Source of the DNA: Novosphingobium sp.
Lineage (GTDB): Bacteria; Pseudomonadota; Alphaproteobacteria; Sphingomonadales; Sphingomonadaceae
Direction: 5' to 3'
DNA: 64,000 nucleotides
NCBI GenBank assembly: GCA_017745295.1
Contig: JAGHZR010000004.1
Location: 63,938 to 127,937, forward strand
Positions within the stretch are counted from its first letter, which is position 1, and each line of letters opens with the position of its first letter. The translations under genes and the position numbers were made by a program. Below are positions 39,964 to 49,520 of this stretch, piece after piece. The notes below the pieces were generated by a model, which saw nothing but the letters and a program-made list of their open reading frames with translations, was not told the DNA's origin and searched no databases.

Positions 39964-40527
39964 ATGAAGATCAGTGGCGTCGACATTCGTCCCGGCAACA
40001 TTCTCGAATACGAAAAGGGCATCTGGAAAGTTGCCAAGACGCAGCACACCCAGCCGGGCAAGGGCGGCGCCTTCATGCAGGTCGAGATGAAGAACCTCAT
40101 CGACGGCCGCAAGACCAACGTCCGCTTCCGCAGCGCCGACACCGTCGAAAAGGTCCGTCTCGACACCAAGGACTTCCAGTTCCTCTACGTCGAGGGCGAC
40201 CAGCTGGTGTTCATGGACATCGAGACCTACGAGCAGATCCAGCTCCCCGCCGACCTGCTGGGCGATGCCGCGGCCTTCCTTCAGGACGGCATGCAGGTCC
40301 TGCTCGAACTCTGGGAAGAGCGCCCGATCTCGGTGCAGCTGCCCGAGCAGGTCGAAGCCGTGATCGTCGAAGCCGACGCCGTGGTGAAGGGCCAGACCGC
40401 CTCGTCCAGCTACAAGCCCGCCATGCTCGACAACGGCGTGCGCGTGATGGTGCCGCCGCACATCGAAAGCGGCACCCGCATCGTCGTGGACGTCTACGAG
40501 AAGTCCTACGTGAAGAAGGCCGACTGA
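39964..40527 (+). CDS. efp: Elongation factor P
   Basis: [27 protein letters not shown]. Confidence 0.97.
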   Translation: MKISGVDIRPGNILEYEKGIWKVAKTQHTQPGKGGAFMQVEMKNLIDGRKTNVRFRSADTVEKVRLDTKDFQFLYVEGDQLVFMDIETYEQIQLPADLLGDAAAFLQDGMQVLLELWEERPISVQLPEQVEAVIVEADAVVKGQTASSSYKPAMLDNGVRVMVPPHIESGTRIVVDVYEKSYVKKAD

Positions 40528-40991
40528 TGCGCGCGCTGGCGTCGATCATCGCGGCGGCTGCCCTGGTGTCAGGGCTTGCTGTTCCGGCACAGGCTGCGCC
40601 GAAGAAGGCGCCAGCGAAGTCCGCCCCGGCCAAGACGGCCGCGGCGCCTGCTGCGGGTGCGCACCCCGCTTCTCCCGAAGTGGAGAGCGCGATGCTCTAC
40701 CTGAAAGTGCTGATCAGCGGCCTCCAGTCCGAAAAGGTGGAGGCCCCGGCCAAGGGCGCGCTCGTCGGCTGCATCTACAACAACTCGCTCCAGAAGATCA
40801 GCGAATCGATGGACAAAGTGATCGCCGAGAACCCCGGCAAGATCAGCCGCGACAATCCCACCGAACTGCTGAGCGCCATGGTGGCGATCTGCGGCTACAA
40901 GCCGACGGCGCCCGCTGCCGGTGCATCCGCTGCTCCCAGCACTCCCGGTGCTTCCGCTACCCCGCAACAACCCGCGCCGCAGGGCCGATAA
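40527..40991 (+). CDS. Exported hypothetical protein
   Basis: TGATG-coupled to efp; signal peptide ending AQA; Ala/Pro/Lys linkers; two Cys. Confidence 0.75.
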   Translation: MRALASIIAAAALVSGLAVPAQAAPKKAPAKSAPAKTAAAPAAGAHPASPEVESAMLYLKVLISGLQSEKVEAPAKGALVGCIYNNSLQKISESMDKVIAENPGKISRDNPTELLSAMVAICGYKPTAPAAGASAAPSTPGASATPQQPAPQGR

Positions 40992-41034
40992 TCAGACCGG
41001 CTGCGGCCGGTCCTCGAAGGACAAGGTAAGTTTT

Positions 41035-41850
41035 ATGGCCATCTCTGGTCTCATTCGCGTCATGGAAAAGGCGGCCCGCAAGGCGGGCAGCCGCCTGCGC
41101 CGCGACTTCGGCGAAATCGAGCACCTCCAGGTCTCGCGCAAGGGACCGGCGGATTTCGTCTCCAAGGCCGATCAGGCCTCGGAACGCACCATCTGGGACG
41201 AACTGCGCGCGGCACGTCCCGAATGGGGCTACCTCTTCGAGGAAGCGGGCGAGATCGAGGGCGATCCCGACAAGCCGCGTTTCATCGTCGATCCGCTCGA
41301 CGGCACGACCAACTTCCTCCACGGCATCCCGCACTTCGCGATCTCGATCGCCGTGCAGGAGCCGCGTCTGGACGGCAAGGGCTGGGGTGAAGTCACCGCG
41401 GGCCTGATCTACAACCCGGTTACGGACGAGAGCTACTGGGCCGAGAAGAGCCGTGGCGCCTGGCTGCAGGACAAGCGCCTGCGCGTCTCCTCGCGCCGTC
41501 ACCTCGATGAGAGCGTGATCGCCACCGGCATTCCTTTCGCCGGTCACGGCGATGCGGGCGAGTGGACCAAGATCTACCACGCGCTGGCCCCGCAGGTCGC
41601 GGGCATCCGCCGCTTCGGTTCGGCCGCGCTCGATCTCGCCTGGGTGGCCGCCGGTCGCTACGAAGGTTTCTGGGAAGCCGATCTCAAGCCCTGGGACACG
41701 GCGGCAGGCTGCCTGCTCGTGCGCGAGGCCGGTGGTTTCGTGTCCGACTGGAAGGGCCGTTCGCTGCCCATCCACGACACGCAGATCCTCGCCGGCAATG
41801 ACGCGCTGCACTCGCGTCTCCACAAGTTGTTGGCAAACGCGCTCAAGTGA
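41035..41850 (+). CDS. suhB: Inositol monophosphatase family protein
   Basis: VDPLDGTTNF, RRFGSAALDL, PWDTAAG. Confidence 0.93.
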   Translation: MAISGLIRVMEKAARKAGSRLRRDFGEIEHLQVSRKGPADFVSKADQASERTIWDELRAARPEWGYLFEEAGEIEGDPDKPRFIVDPLDGTTNFLHGIPHFAISIAVQEPRLDGKGWGEVTAGLIYNPVTDESYWAEKSRGAWLQDKRLRVSSRRHLDESVIATGIPFAGHGDAGEWTKIYHALAPQVAGIRRFGSAALDLAWVAAGRYEGFWEADLKPWDTAAGCLLVREAGGFVSDWKGRSLPIHDTQILAGNDALHSRLHKLLANALK

Positions 41851-41925
41851 CTTGAGCCGAAGCCAAGGCGCGGCTAAGTCAGCCGCGCCGGTGCCGATAT
41901 TCGCAAGGATAACGGCAGCAGGGTT

Positions 41926-42009
41926 GCCCCTGTGGCGGAATGGTAGACGCGAACGACTCAAAATCGTTTGTCGCAAGGCGTGCCCGTTCGAGTCGGGCCA
42001 GGGGCACCA
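41926..42009 (+). tRNA. tRNA-Leu (CAA)
   Basis: GCCCCTG/CAGGGGC acceptor stem, TGGTAGAC D-loop, AACGA-CT CAA AA-TCGTT anticodon arm, long variable arm, GTTCGAGTC, encoded CCA. Confidence 0.96.
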
Positions 42010-42013
42010 GAAA

Positions 42014-42054
42014 CGAAAAGCCGCGAACCCGGATCGGGTCTCGCGGCTTTTTCG
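42014..42054 (+). terminator. Intrinsic terminator after tRNA-Leu
   Basis: AAAAGCCGCGA...TCGCGGCTTTTT. Confidence 0.75.
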
Positions 42055-42509
42055 CGTCTGGGGCCGATGGTCCGTACCCAATCGATTTATGTGCAATAGT
42101 GAACGCGAAGCCGTGAAGCGTCCCGTGGAACACCCCTATCTCGCGGAAATAGACGGAATTTAACAGTTAAACACGGATGCTTTGCGCTGCAATTTTTCTA
42201 CATTGGCAATAACCTTGAAATTCCGCCGCAGGATCGCGGTGGCATGTCCTTCGTTCCCTCGGGGCTGCGATCGATGTCGAGGTCTGCTGGAAGCGCGTTC
42301 CGAACCGAGGCAACGAGGCTGCGGGACACCGGTGGCCACCTGGACCATCGGCTCGCTTCCGGCAGTTCCGCCCGCGCTGGAGGTCTCTCAAGACGAGGCA
42401 CGGGCGCGAATCGACAGCAAGGTGTTTGGACGGCCGCTTCGGGTCGCACCTGGAAGCGCGTTTGCCAAATCTCCCCCTCCGGACTATTCCTGGTCCGGAG
42501 GGGGACGAG

Positions 42510-42950
42510 ATGGAACCCACCGCCGAAGACTATCGCGACGCTCTTGCGCGCGTCGTCGCTGCTTCATCTTTCAGATCTTCGTCGAAACTGGCGGAACTTC
42601 TTTCCTATCTCGTCGAACAGAAGCTTGCAGGGCAGGGAGACCTGCTGAAAGGTTATCCTATTGCCTTGGATGTCTTCGGGCGAGCCGGTGCTTGATGCGC
42701 TCTATCGCGGCGATGCGTCGGAAGCGGTTCGGACAGCGCGGCTCTGTGCCGCCGATGGGGGCTGATGTCGCGCTACCTCTTGGCCTCCGCCTATGCGTTG
42801 GGCGGGCAGGGCAAGGAGGCGCAGGCGGTTCTGGGCGCCGCCGCGCGCGCCTATCCCGGCGTGCCGAAAGACCGCAGACAGCTGGTGAAGGAACTCCGCT
42901 TCCCCGCTTTCGCCGTTGCCCCGCTCGAAGCGGACTGCTTGGGTCTTGAG
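42510..42950 (+). pseudogene. Remnant of a TolB-like/TPR regulator gene with internal deletion and frameshifts
   Basis: MEPTAEDYRDALARVVAASSFRSSSKLAELLSYLVEQKLAGQGDLLKGYPIALDVFGR stops at 42695; TPR-like fragments follow in two other frames. Confidence 0.7.
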
Positions 42951-43001
42951 ATGTCACGAAATCTGTTGTCGCCACAGGCCCGGCTCCATAGTCTGTGCGC
43001 C

Positions 43002-44321
43002 ATGAAAGCGCTCCTCACCGTTTCCGCCCTGGCCCTGGCCCTGTCTCCGATGGTCGCGCAGGCCGAGCCGGTGACGGACAGCATCGCGCGCGACCTGCCG
43101 GGGCTGATGACGATCTATCGCGATCTCCACGCCAATCCGGAGCTGAGCTATCAGGAACTCCGCAGCGCCGCGATCATGGCCAAGGCCGCGCGGGAGGCCG
43201 GGTTCACCGTAACCGAGAAAGTCGGCCAGACCGGCGTGGTGGCGGTTCTGAAGAACGGCGAGGGGCCGACGGTGCTGATCCGCGCCGACATGGACGGATT
43301 GCCGGTCGTCGAGCAGACCGGCCTTGCCTTCGCCTCGAAGAAGCGCGGCGTTTCCACCGCCGGGGTCGAGAGCGGCATCATGCACGCCTGCGGTCATGAC
43401 ACCCACATGACCGCCTGGATCGAGACCGCGCGGCTCATGGCCAGGCGCAAGGCGGAATGGTCGGGCACGCTCGTGATGATCGGCCAGCCTGCGGAGGAAG
43501 TCGGCACCGGCGCGGTGGGCATGCTCAAGGACGGCCTCTACACGCGCTTTCCCAAGCCGGACTACACATTGGCCTTCCACGATTCGGCCGATCTTCCCGC
43601 CGGGCAGGTCGGCGCCGCAGTGGGCTGGGCGCTCGCCAATGTCGACAGCGTCGATATCCTCGTTAAGGGACTGGGCGGCCACGGCGCCTATCCGCAGGCG
43701 ACCAAGGACCCGATCGTGCTGGCCAGTTCGATCGTCATGAAACTGCAGACGCTCGTCAGCCGCGAGATGAGCCCGCTAGACCCGGCGGTGGTGACGGTGG
43801 GATCGTTCCACGCCGGGGCCAAGCACAACATCATTTCCGATCAGGCCAGGCTGGAGCTGACGGTCCGCAGCTATTCCGACGAGACCCGCGCGCATCTGCT
43901 GGACGGCATCAAACGCATTGCGCGCGGCGAGGCGATCGCCTCGGGCCTGCCGGATACGCTGATGCCTGAAGTCTCGGTGAAGGACCCTTACACCCGCGCG
44001 ACCTGGAACTCGCCCGAGTTCACACAGGAAGCCGTGGCGGACCTCAAGACGAAGATGGGAGACGGCAATGTTGTCGTCACCCCATCGGTCATGGGCGGCG
44101 AGGATTTCGGCGAGTTCCGCCGCGCCGACGAGGATCATATCAAGTCGGTGATCTTCTGGGTCGGCGGCGCCGATCCGCATAAGATCGCGGCGGCGAAGGC
44201 CGGAGGAGCGCCGCTGCCCTCGCTGCACAGCCCGTTCTGGGCACCGCAAGCGGACAAGGTAATCGCCTCGGGCAGCGAGGCGCTGACCCTGACGGCCCTG
44301 CGCCTGATGCCGAAGAAGTGA
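43002..44321 (+). CDS. Secreted M20 amidohydrolase
   Basis: Signal peptide; HANPELS, RADMDGLP, MHACGHD, QPAEE, MGGEDF, LHSP. Confidence 0.93.
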   Translation: MKALLTVSALALALSPMVAQAEPVTDSIARDLPGLMTIYRDLHANPELSYQELRSAAIMAKAAREAGFTVTEKVGQTGVVAVLKNGEGPTVLIRADMDGLPVVEQTGLAFASKKRGVSTAGVESGIMHACGHDTHMTAWIETARLMARRKAEWSGTLVMIGQPAEEVGTGAVGMLKDGLYTRFPKPDYTLAFHDSADLPAGQVGAAVGWALANVDSVDILVKGLGGHGAYPQATKDPIVLASSIVMKLQTLVSREMSPLDPAVVTVGSFHAGAKHNIISDQARLELTVRSYSDETRAHLLDGIKRIARGEAIASGLPDTLMPEVSVKDPYTRATWNSPEFTQEAVADLKTKMGDGNVVVTPSVMGGEDFGEFRRADEDHIKSVIFWVGGADPHKIAAAKAGGAPLPSLHSPFWAPQADKVIASGSEALTLTALRLMPKK

Positions 44322-44333
44322 TCCGCGGGGAAC

Positions 44334-44426
44334 TGTAAGAGCATCCGACATTTATCCAGACCGATCAAAGGCCTTGATGCATATCGTGATAGTCCGGCGA
44401 TCCCGCGCCTGTCAGATTCACCGACA
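44334..44426 (+). promoter_or_regulatory. Two TGT-N11-ACA boxes (candidate PrsR enhancer sites)
   Basis: TGTAAGAGCATCCGACA at 44334-44350 and TGTCAGATTCACCGACA at 44410-44426. Confidence 0.55.
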
Positions 44427-44493
44427 GTTTACGCCTTGGACCTAGACTGACGACATTGCCGGTTTTCGGCACGGAGAGTGGCGCCAAGCGACG

Positions 44494-45879
44494 ATGATTC
44501 GCCTGTTCAAACACTACATTCCCCATGCGGTGGCGCTGCTGTGGCTGGTGGACATGCTCCTGCTGGTCGGAGCCAACGAGCTGTCCTGGCGGCTCAGGGC
44601 CGACCAGATCGGCATGGATCCCGGCGATCTCGCCACGCGGCTGGCACTGCACGGGGGCTTTGCGCTGGTCATCTCGCTGTCGATGGTCGCGGTGGGGGTC
44701 TATGGCGCCGACGCCCTGCGATCGATGCGGTTCGCCGCCGCGCGCCTGCTGGTGGCGGTTTCGCTCGGCGTGATCGCGCTGGCCTTTGTTGACTTCATCT
44801 TTGCCGCGCAGAATTTCTGGCGCTCGACTCTGGCTTACGCGATGGGTTTTGCGGTCGTGCTGCTGGTGGCCAATCGCCTCGTGCTGGGCGGTTTTCTCGG
44901 CACTTCGGCATTTCGGCGGCGGGTTCTGGTGCTCGGGGCCGGACAGCGCGCCCAGCGCCTGCGCGATCTGGCGGAGCGGCGCGAGAGCGGCTTCGTGATC
45001 GTCGGCTACGTAGCCATGAGCGACGGCACGCCGGTCGTCGAGGAAGCGATCTCGCGCGCGGCGATCAACAACCTGACCCGCTTCGTCGACAATCTCGGCG
45101 TCACCGAGGTCGTCCTCGCGCTGGAAGAGCGGCGCAACGCCCTGCCGCTCAAGGACCTCTTGCGGATCAAGACCACGGGCGTCCACGTCAACGAGTTCTC
45201 CAGCTTCCTCGAACGCGAGACGGGCCGCGTCGATCTCGACACGGTCAATCCAAGCTGGCTGATCTTTTCCGACGGCTTTTCCTCGGGCCGGGCGATTTCC
45301 AGCGTGGCCAAGCGGCTGTTCGATATCGTCGTCAGCGGGGTGGCGCTCTGCCTGACCGCGCCGGTCATCCTGCTCTTCGCGCTGCTGGTGAAGATCGACA
45401 GCCGCGGCCCGGCCTTCTACCGCCAGCAGCGCGTCGGCCTGTTCGGCGAGCCATTCGACGTCATCAAGCTGCGCTCGATGCGCACCGATGCCGAAGTGGC
45501 GGGGGCGCAGTGGGCATCCAAGGACGACCCGCGCGTCACCCGCATCGGCCGCTTCATCCGCAAGGTCCGCATCGACGAACTGCCCCAGTCCTGGAGCGTG
45601 CTGAAAGGCGAGATGAGCTTCGTCGGTCCCCGCCCGGAGCGCCCGCAGTTCGTGTCGGAACTGGAAGAGCAACTGCCCTATTACGCCGAGCGCCACATGG
45701 TGAAGCCCGGCATCACCGGCTGGGCGCAGATCAACTATCCCTACGGCGCCTCGATCGAGGATTCCCGGCACAAGCTGGAATACGATCTCTATTACGCCAA
45801 GAACTACACGCCGTTCCTCGATCTCATCATCATTCTCCAGACCCTGCGCGTCGTGCTGTGGAGTGAAGGGGCGCGATGA
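44494..45879 (+). CDS. PEP-CTERM/XrtA system priming sugar transferase (TIGR03013-type)
   Basis: MIRLFKHY start, multiple TMs, KRLFDI, KLRSM, RIDELPQ, VGPRPERP, KPGITGWAQ; upstream of prsK. Confidence 0.92.
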   Translation: MIRLFKHYIPHAVALLWLVDMLLLVGANELSWRLRADQIGMDPGDLATRLALHGGFALVISLSMVAVGVYGADALRSMRFAAARLLVAVSLGVIALAFVDFIFAAQNFWRSTLAYAMGFAVVLLVANRLVLGGFLGTSAFRRRVLVLGAGQRAQRLRDLAERRESGFVIVGYVAMSDGTPVVEEAISRAAINNLTRFVDNLGVTEVVLALEERRNALPLKDLLRIKTTGVHVNEFSSFLERETGRVDLDTVNPSWLIFSDGFSSGRAISSVAKRLFDIVVSGVALCLTAPVILLFALLVKIDSRGPAFYRQQRVGLFGEPFDVIKLRSMRTDAEVAGAQWASKDDPRVTRIGRFIRKVRIDELPQSWSVLKGEMSFVGPRPERPQFVSELEEQLPYYAERHMVKPGITGWAQINYPYGASIEDSRHKLEYDLYYAKNYTPFLDLIIILQTLRVVLWSEGAR

Positions 45880-47999
45880 GCCTCTCGGACGGTTTCGGCC
45901 TGTGGGGCACGTTGGGCGTCGTTCTCGACCTGACCGGCGCGATCGGCGCCGCCAGCGTCGGTCTGTGGCTCTGGCCCCGACGCGCGCGTCTGGCGGAGGC
46001 GGGGGTGGCCACCGTCGCCGCCCTGTTCTTCACTGCGGGCTGGAGCATCGCCGCGGCTGCCGCGGTGATGGCGGAAGCCCCGATTTTTACCTCGGTGGCG
46101 GAGAGCCTGCGCAATCTGGCCTGGCTCGTGGTGATCCATCGCTTCTTCGCAGACGACGGGCGCCATTCCAGCCTCGCGCCGATCCGGCCGGTGATCTTCG
46201 CGCTGGCTTTCGTCGAACTGCTGCATTTCGGCATGATCGTCGCCCTGTCCTCGGTGGCGATGGGGCGGGGGCTGGTCAGCCTCGGCTTCGATATCGAGGT
46301 GATGCTGCGCCTGCTGGTGACGGTCGGCGGACTGGTGCTGGTGCACAACCTCTATGCCGGTGCCCCGCGTGAGATGCGTGTCGGTCTGCGCTGGCCCGCT
46401 ATCGGTCTGGCCGTGCTCTGGTCGTTCGACCTCAACCTCTACACGGTCGCCTATCTGGCGCGCAGCTGGCCGGACGAGATCGCCGCGCTGCGGGGCGCTG
46501 CCGCATTGGTGGTGGCCGCCTGCTTCGCCATCGCCGCCTCGCGCAACCGCGACGAACTGCGCCTGAAGCCCTCGCGCGCGGTGACGTTCCAGACTTTCTC
46601 GCTGCTCGTCATCGGCGTCTATCTGGTGGCGATGGTGGCGGTGGCGCAGTGGCTTTCCTATGCGGGCGGCGATTTCGCGCGGCTGATCGAGATGGCTTTC
46701 CTGACGCTTGCCAGTGCCTTCGCCCTCGTCGTGCTCCCCTCGCGCCGGGTGCGCAGCTGGCTCAAGGTGATCCTCGCCAAGCATTTCTTCCAGCACCGCT
46801 ACGACTACCGCGAGGAATGGCTGCGCTTCACCCGCACCATCGGCAGCAATGACGATCGCGCGTTGCCTTTGGAGGAGCGCGTGGTCCAGTCGGTCGCCGA
46901 TATCACCGACAGTCCTGCCGGACTGCTGCTGACGCCGGACGAGGGAGGCGATCTCACGCTGGCGGCGCGCTGGAACTGGCCGGACGTCGACGTTCCCGCG
47001 ACCGCCTATCCGCTGGCTGCCCTCTCACCGTTCGAGCAGTCCGGGCATATCGCCGATCTCGATGACTTGCGCGAGGGTCGGACCCGTCGCGGTCTCGATG
47101 TCGCGGTGCCGGAATGGCTCGGCGGCGAGCGCCGCGCTTGGGCGCTGGTGCCGCTGGTCCATTACGACCGTCTGGTCGGCATGGTCGTGCTGGCCCGTCC
47201 GGCAATGGCGCGCAAGTTCGACTGGGAGGATTTCGACCTCCTGCGCGTGATCGGCCAGCAGCTTGCTAGCTACCTCGCCGAAAATGCCAGCCAGGAGGCG
47301 CTGGCCGAATCCAGCCGCTTCGAGGATTTCCACCGCCGCATCGCTTTCGTGATGCACGATATCAAGAACCTCGCCAGCCAGTTCAGCCTGCTCGCCCGCA
47401 ATGCCGAGCTTCACGCCGAAAAGCCGGAATTCCGCGCCGACATGCTCGTCACCTTGCGCAATTCCTCGGACAAGCTGAACGCACTGCTCACCCGGCTTTC
47501 GCGTTACGGCACCGGCGCGGTGGACCGTCTCGGACCCGTCCGCGCCGCCGATGTCGCGCGCGGCGTCGCGATGCGTTTCGGCGGGCAGGTCGTCCTGACC
47601 GAAGCGCAGGACCTGACCGCGACCGCCAATGCCCATTCGCTGGAGCAGGTCCTGGTCCATCTCGTCCAGAACGCCGTCGATGCCGGGGCGCCCGGCAGTC
47701 CGGTCTTGCTGACGCTGGCTGCCGAGGGTCTCCATGCCCGGTTTGAGGTCATCGATTCCGGCTGCGGCATGTCCGCCGAATTCGTGCGGCACCGTCTGTT
47801 CAAGCCGTTCGTCTCCACCAAGAGCGGCGGCTTCGGCATCGGCGCCTTCGAGGCGCGCGAACTGGTGCGGGGGATGAAAGGGCGGCTCGACGTGGAATCG
47901 CGTGAAGGGCTGGGCTCGCGCTTCATCGTCCGCATCCCGCTCTCCCTTTCCACCGACATCCAGCAAGACAATGTCCGCAAGGACCAGAAGGTAGCCTGA
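45876..47999 (+). CDS. prsK: PEP-CTERM system histidine kinase
   Basis: Multi-TM N-terminus, KHFFQHRYDYREEW, GAF, FVMHDIKN, FKPFVSTK..GFGIG. Confidence 0.92.
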   Translation: MSLSDGFGLWGTLGVVLDLTGAIGAASVGLWLWPRRARLAEAGVATVAALFFTAGWSIAAAAAVMAEAPIFTSVAESLRNLAWLVVIHRFFADDGRHSSLAPIRPVIFALAFVELLHFGMIVALSSVAMGRGLVSLGFDIEVMLRLLVTVGGLVLVHNLYAGAPREMRVGLRWPAIGLAVLWSFDLNLYTVAYLARSWPDEIAALRGAAALVVAACFAIAASRNRDELRLKPSRAVTFQTFSLLVIGVYLVAMVAVAQWLSYAGGDFARLIEMAFLTLASAFALVVLPSRRVRSWLKVILAKHFFQHRYDYREEWLRFTRTIGSNDDRALPLEERVVQSVADITDSPAGLLLTPDEGGDLTLAARWNWPDVDVPATAYPLAALSPFEQSGHIADLDDLREGRTRRGLDVAVPEWLGGERRAWALVPLVHYDRLVGMVVLARPAMARKFDWEDFDLLRVIGQQLASYLAENASQEALAESSRFEDFHRRIAFVMHDIKNLASQFSLLARNAELHAEKPEFRADMLVTLRNSSDKLNALLTRLSRYGTGAVDRLGPVRAADVARGVAMRFGGQVVLTEAQDLTATANAHSLEQVLVHLVQNAVDAGAPGSPVLLTLAAEGLHARFEVIDSGCGMSAEFVRHRLFKPFVSTKSGGFGIGAFEARELVRGMKGRLDVESREGLGSRFIVRIPLSLSTDIQQDNVRKDQKVA

Positions 48000-48001
48000 G
48001 A

Positions 48002-49378
48002 ATGACCGAGACCCGATCCAAGCTTCTCCCGAAGCTGCTCATCGTGGAAGACGATGCCGGTCTCCAGGCGCAGCTCAAGTGGGCCTACGAGGATTTCGAG
48101 GTGGTCGTCGCCGGGGATCGGCCCACGGCGCTGGCCCTGCTGCGCTCGGAAATGCCGGACGTGGTGACGCTCGACCTCGGCCTGCCGCCCGATCCCGACG
48201 GCACCACCGAAGGCTTTGCTGTGCTCGACGAGATCATGGCGCTCAAGCCCGATACCAAGGTGATCGTCGCCTCCGGCCACGGCGCGCGGGAGTCGGCCTT
48301 GCAGGCGATCGCGCGCGGCGCCTACGATTTCTACCAGAAACCCGTCGATATCGACGCGCTCGGGCATATCGTGCGCCGCGCCTTGCAACTGCACCGGCTT
48401 GAGGACGAGAACCGTCGCCTCGCCTCGCGGGTGGAGAAGGACGAGAAAGTGCTCGGCCGCCTGATCACCGCCGCGCCGGAGATGATCCGCGTCGCGCGCA
48501 CGATCGAGCGCGTCGCCAATACCAATGTCTCGGTCATGCTGCTCGGCGCCAGCGGCACCGGCAAGGAACTGCTGGCACGCGGCCTGCACGAGGCGAGCGG
48601 GCGCGCCAAGGGCCAGTTCGTGGCGATCAACTGCGCCGCGATCCCGGAAAACCTCCTCGAAAGCGAGCTGTTCGGCCACGAGAAGGGCGCGTTCACCGGC
48701 GCGGTCAAGACCACGCCCGGCAAGATCGAGCAGGCGGCGGGCGGCACCCTGTTCCTCGACGAAGTAGGCGACATTCCGCTCCAGCTTCAGGTCAAGCTGC
48801 TGCGTTTCCTGCAGGAGCGGGTGATCGAGCGCGTCGGTTCGCGCGAATCCATCCCGGTCGATACGCGCATCGTCTGCGCGACGCATCAGGACCTCGAAAC
48901 GATGATCGCCGAAGGGCGTTTCCGCGAGGACCTGTTCTATCGCCTCGCCGAAATCGTCGTGCGCATTCCGGGGCTGGCGGAAAGACCCGGCGATGCGACC
49001 TTGCTGGCGAAGGCCTTCCTCCACCGTTACGCCAAGGAGATGAACCCAGGCGTGCGCGGTTTCGCCGCCGACGCTCTTGCGGCGATCGACGCCTGGGGCT
49101 GGCCGGGCAATGTGCGCGAACTGGAGAACCGGGTGAAACGCGCGGTCATCATGGCGGACGAGAAGCTGGTGGGCGCCGCCGATCTCGACCTCTCCGACCC
49201 GGACGAGCAAGTGGCCAATGCCCTCAACCTCAAGACCGCGCGCGAGCAGGCCGACCGCAAGGTCATCCGCCATGCCCTGGCCCGCAGCGAGGGCAATATT
49301 TCCAGCACCGCCAAGATGCTTGGGATCAGCAGGCCGACGCTCTACGACCTGCTCAAGCAGTACGATCTTCAAAACTGA
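48002..49378 (+). CDS. prsR: PEP-CTERM-box sigma-54 response regulator
   Basis: Receiver (LDLGLPPDPDG), GASGTGKE, GAFTGA, Fis HTH (LGISRPTLY). Confidence 0.93.
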   Translation: MTETRSKLLPKLLIVEDDAGLQAQLKWAYEDFEVVVAGDRPTALALLRSEMPDVVTLDLGLPPDPDGTTEGFAVLDEIMALKPDTKVIVASGHGARESALQAIARGAYDFYQKPVDIDALGHIVRRALQLHRLEDENRRLASRVEKDEKVLGRLITAAPEMIRVARTIERVANTNVSVMLLGASGTGKELLARGLHEASGRAKGQFVAINCAAIPENLLESELFGHEKGAFTGAVKTTPGKIEQAAGGTLFLDEVGDIPLQLQVKLLRFLQERVIERVGSRESIPVDTRIVCATHQDLETMIAEGRFREDLFYRLAEIVVRIPGLAERPGDATLLAKAFLHRYAKEMNPGVRGFAADALAAIDAWGWPGNVRELENRVKRAVIMADEKLVGAADLDLSDPDEQVANALNLKTAREQADRKVIRHALARSEGNISSTAKMLGISRPTLYDLLKQYDLQN

Positions 49379-49394
49379 AAGTGCATATGAAGTC

Positions 49395-49476
49395 TTCGTC
49401 ATTGCGAGCGTCGCGAAGCAATCCAGAGCGCCTTGAGATCGACTCTGGATTGCTTCGCTATGCTCGCAATGACGAA
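49395..49476. repeat. Palindromic REP/RPE-like element between convergent prsR and panB
   Basis: TTCGTCATTGCGAGC-gtc-GCGAAGCAATCCAGAG ... CTCTGGATTGCTTCGC-tat-GCTCGCAATGACGAA (34-bp arms). Confidence 0.85.
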
Positions 49477-49520
49477 AGGAAAGGGGCGGCGTTTGATCCG
49501 ATGCGCCACCCCTCTACTTT

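Noticed and set aside
42158-42172. TTTAACAGTTAAA as a CtrA box
   Set aside because: The half-sites are 3 bp apart, not the 7 bp required.
42765-43001. Apparent N-terminal extension or fusion of the M20 amidohydrolase
   Set aside because: A clear signal peptide starts at ATG 43002; the upstream frame is pseudogene debris.
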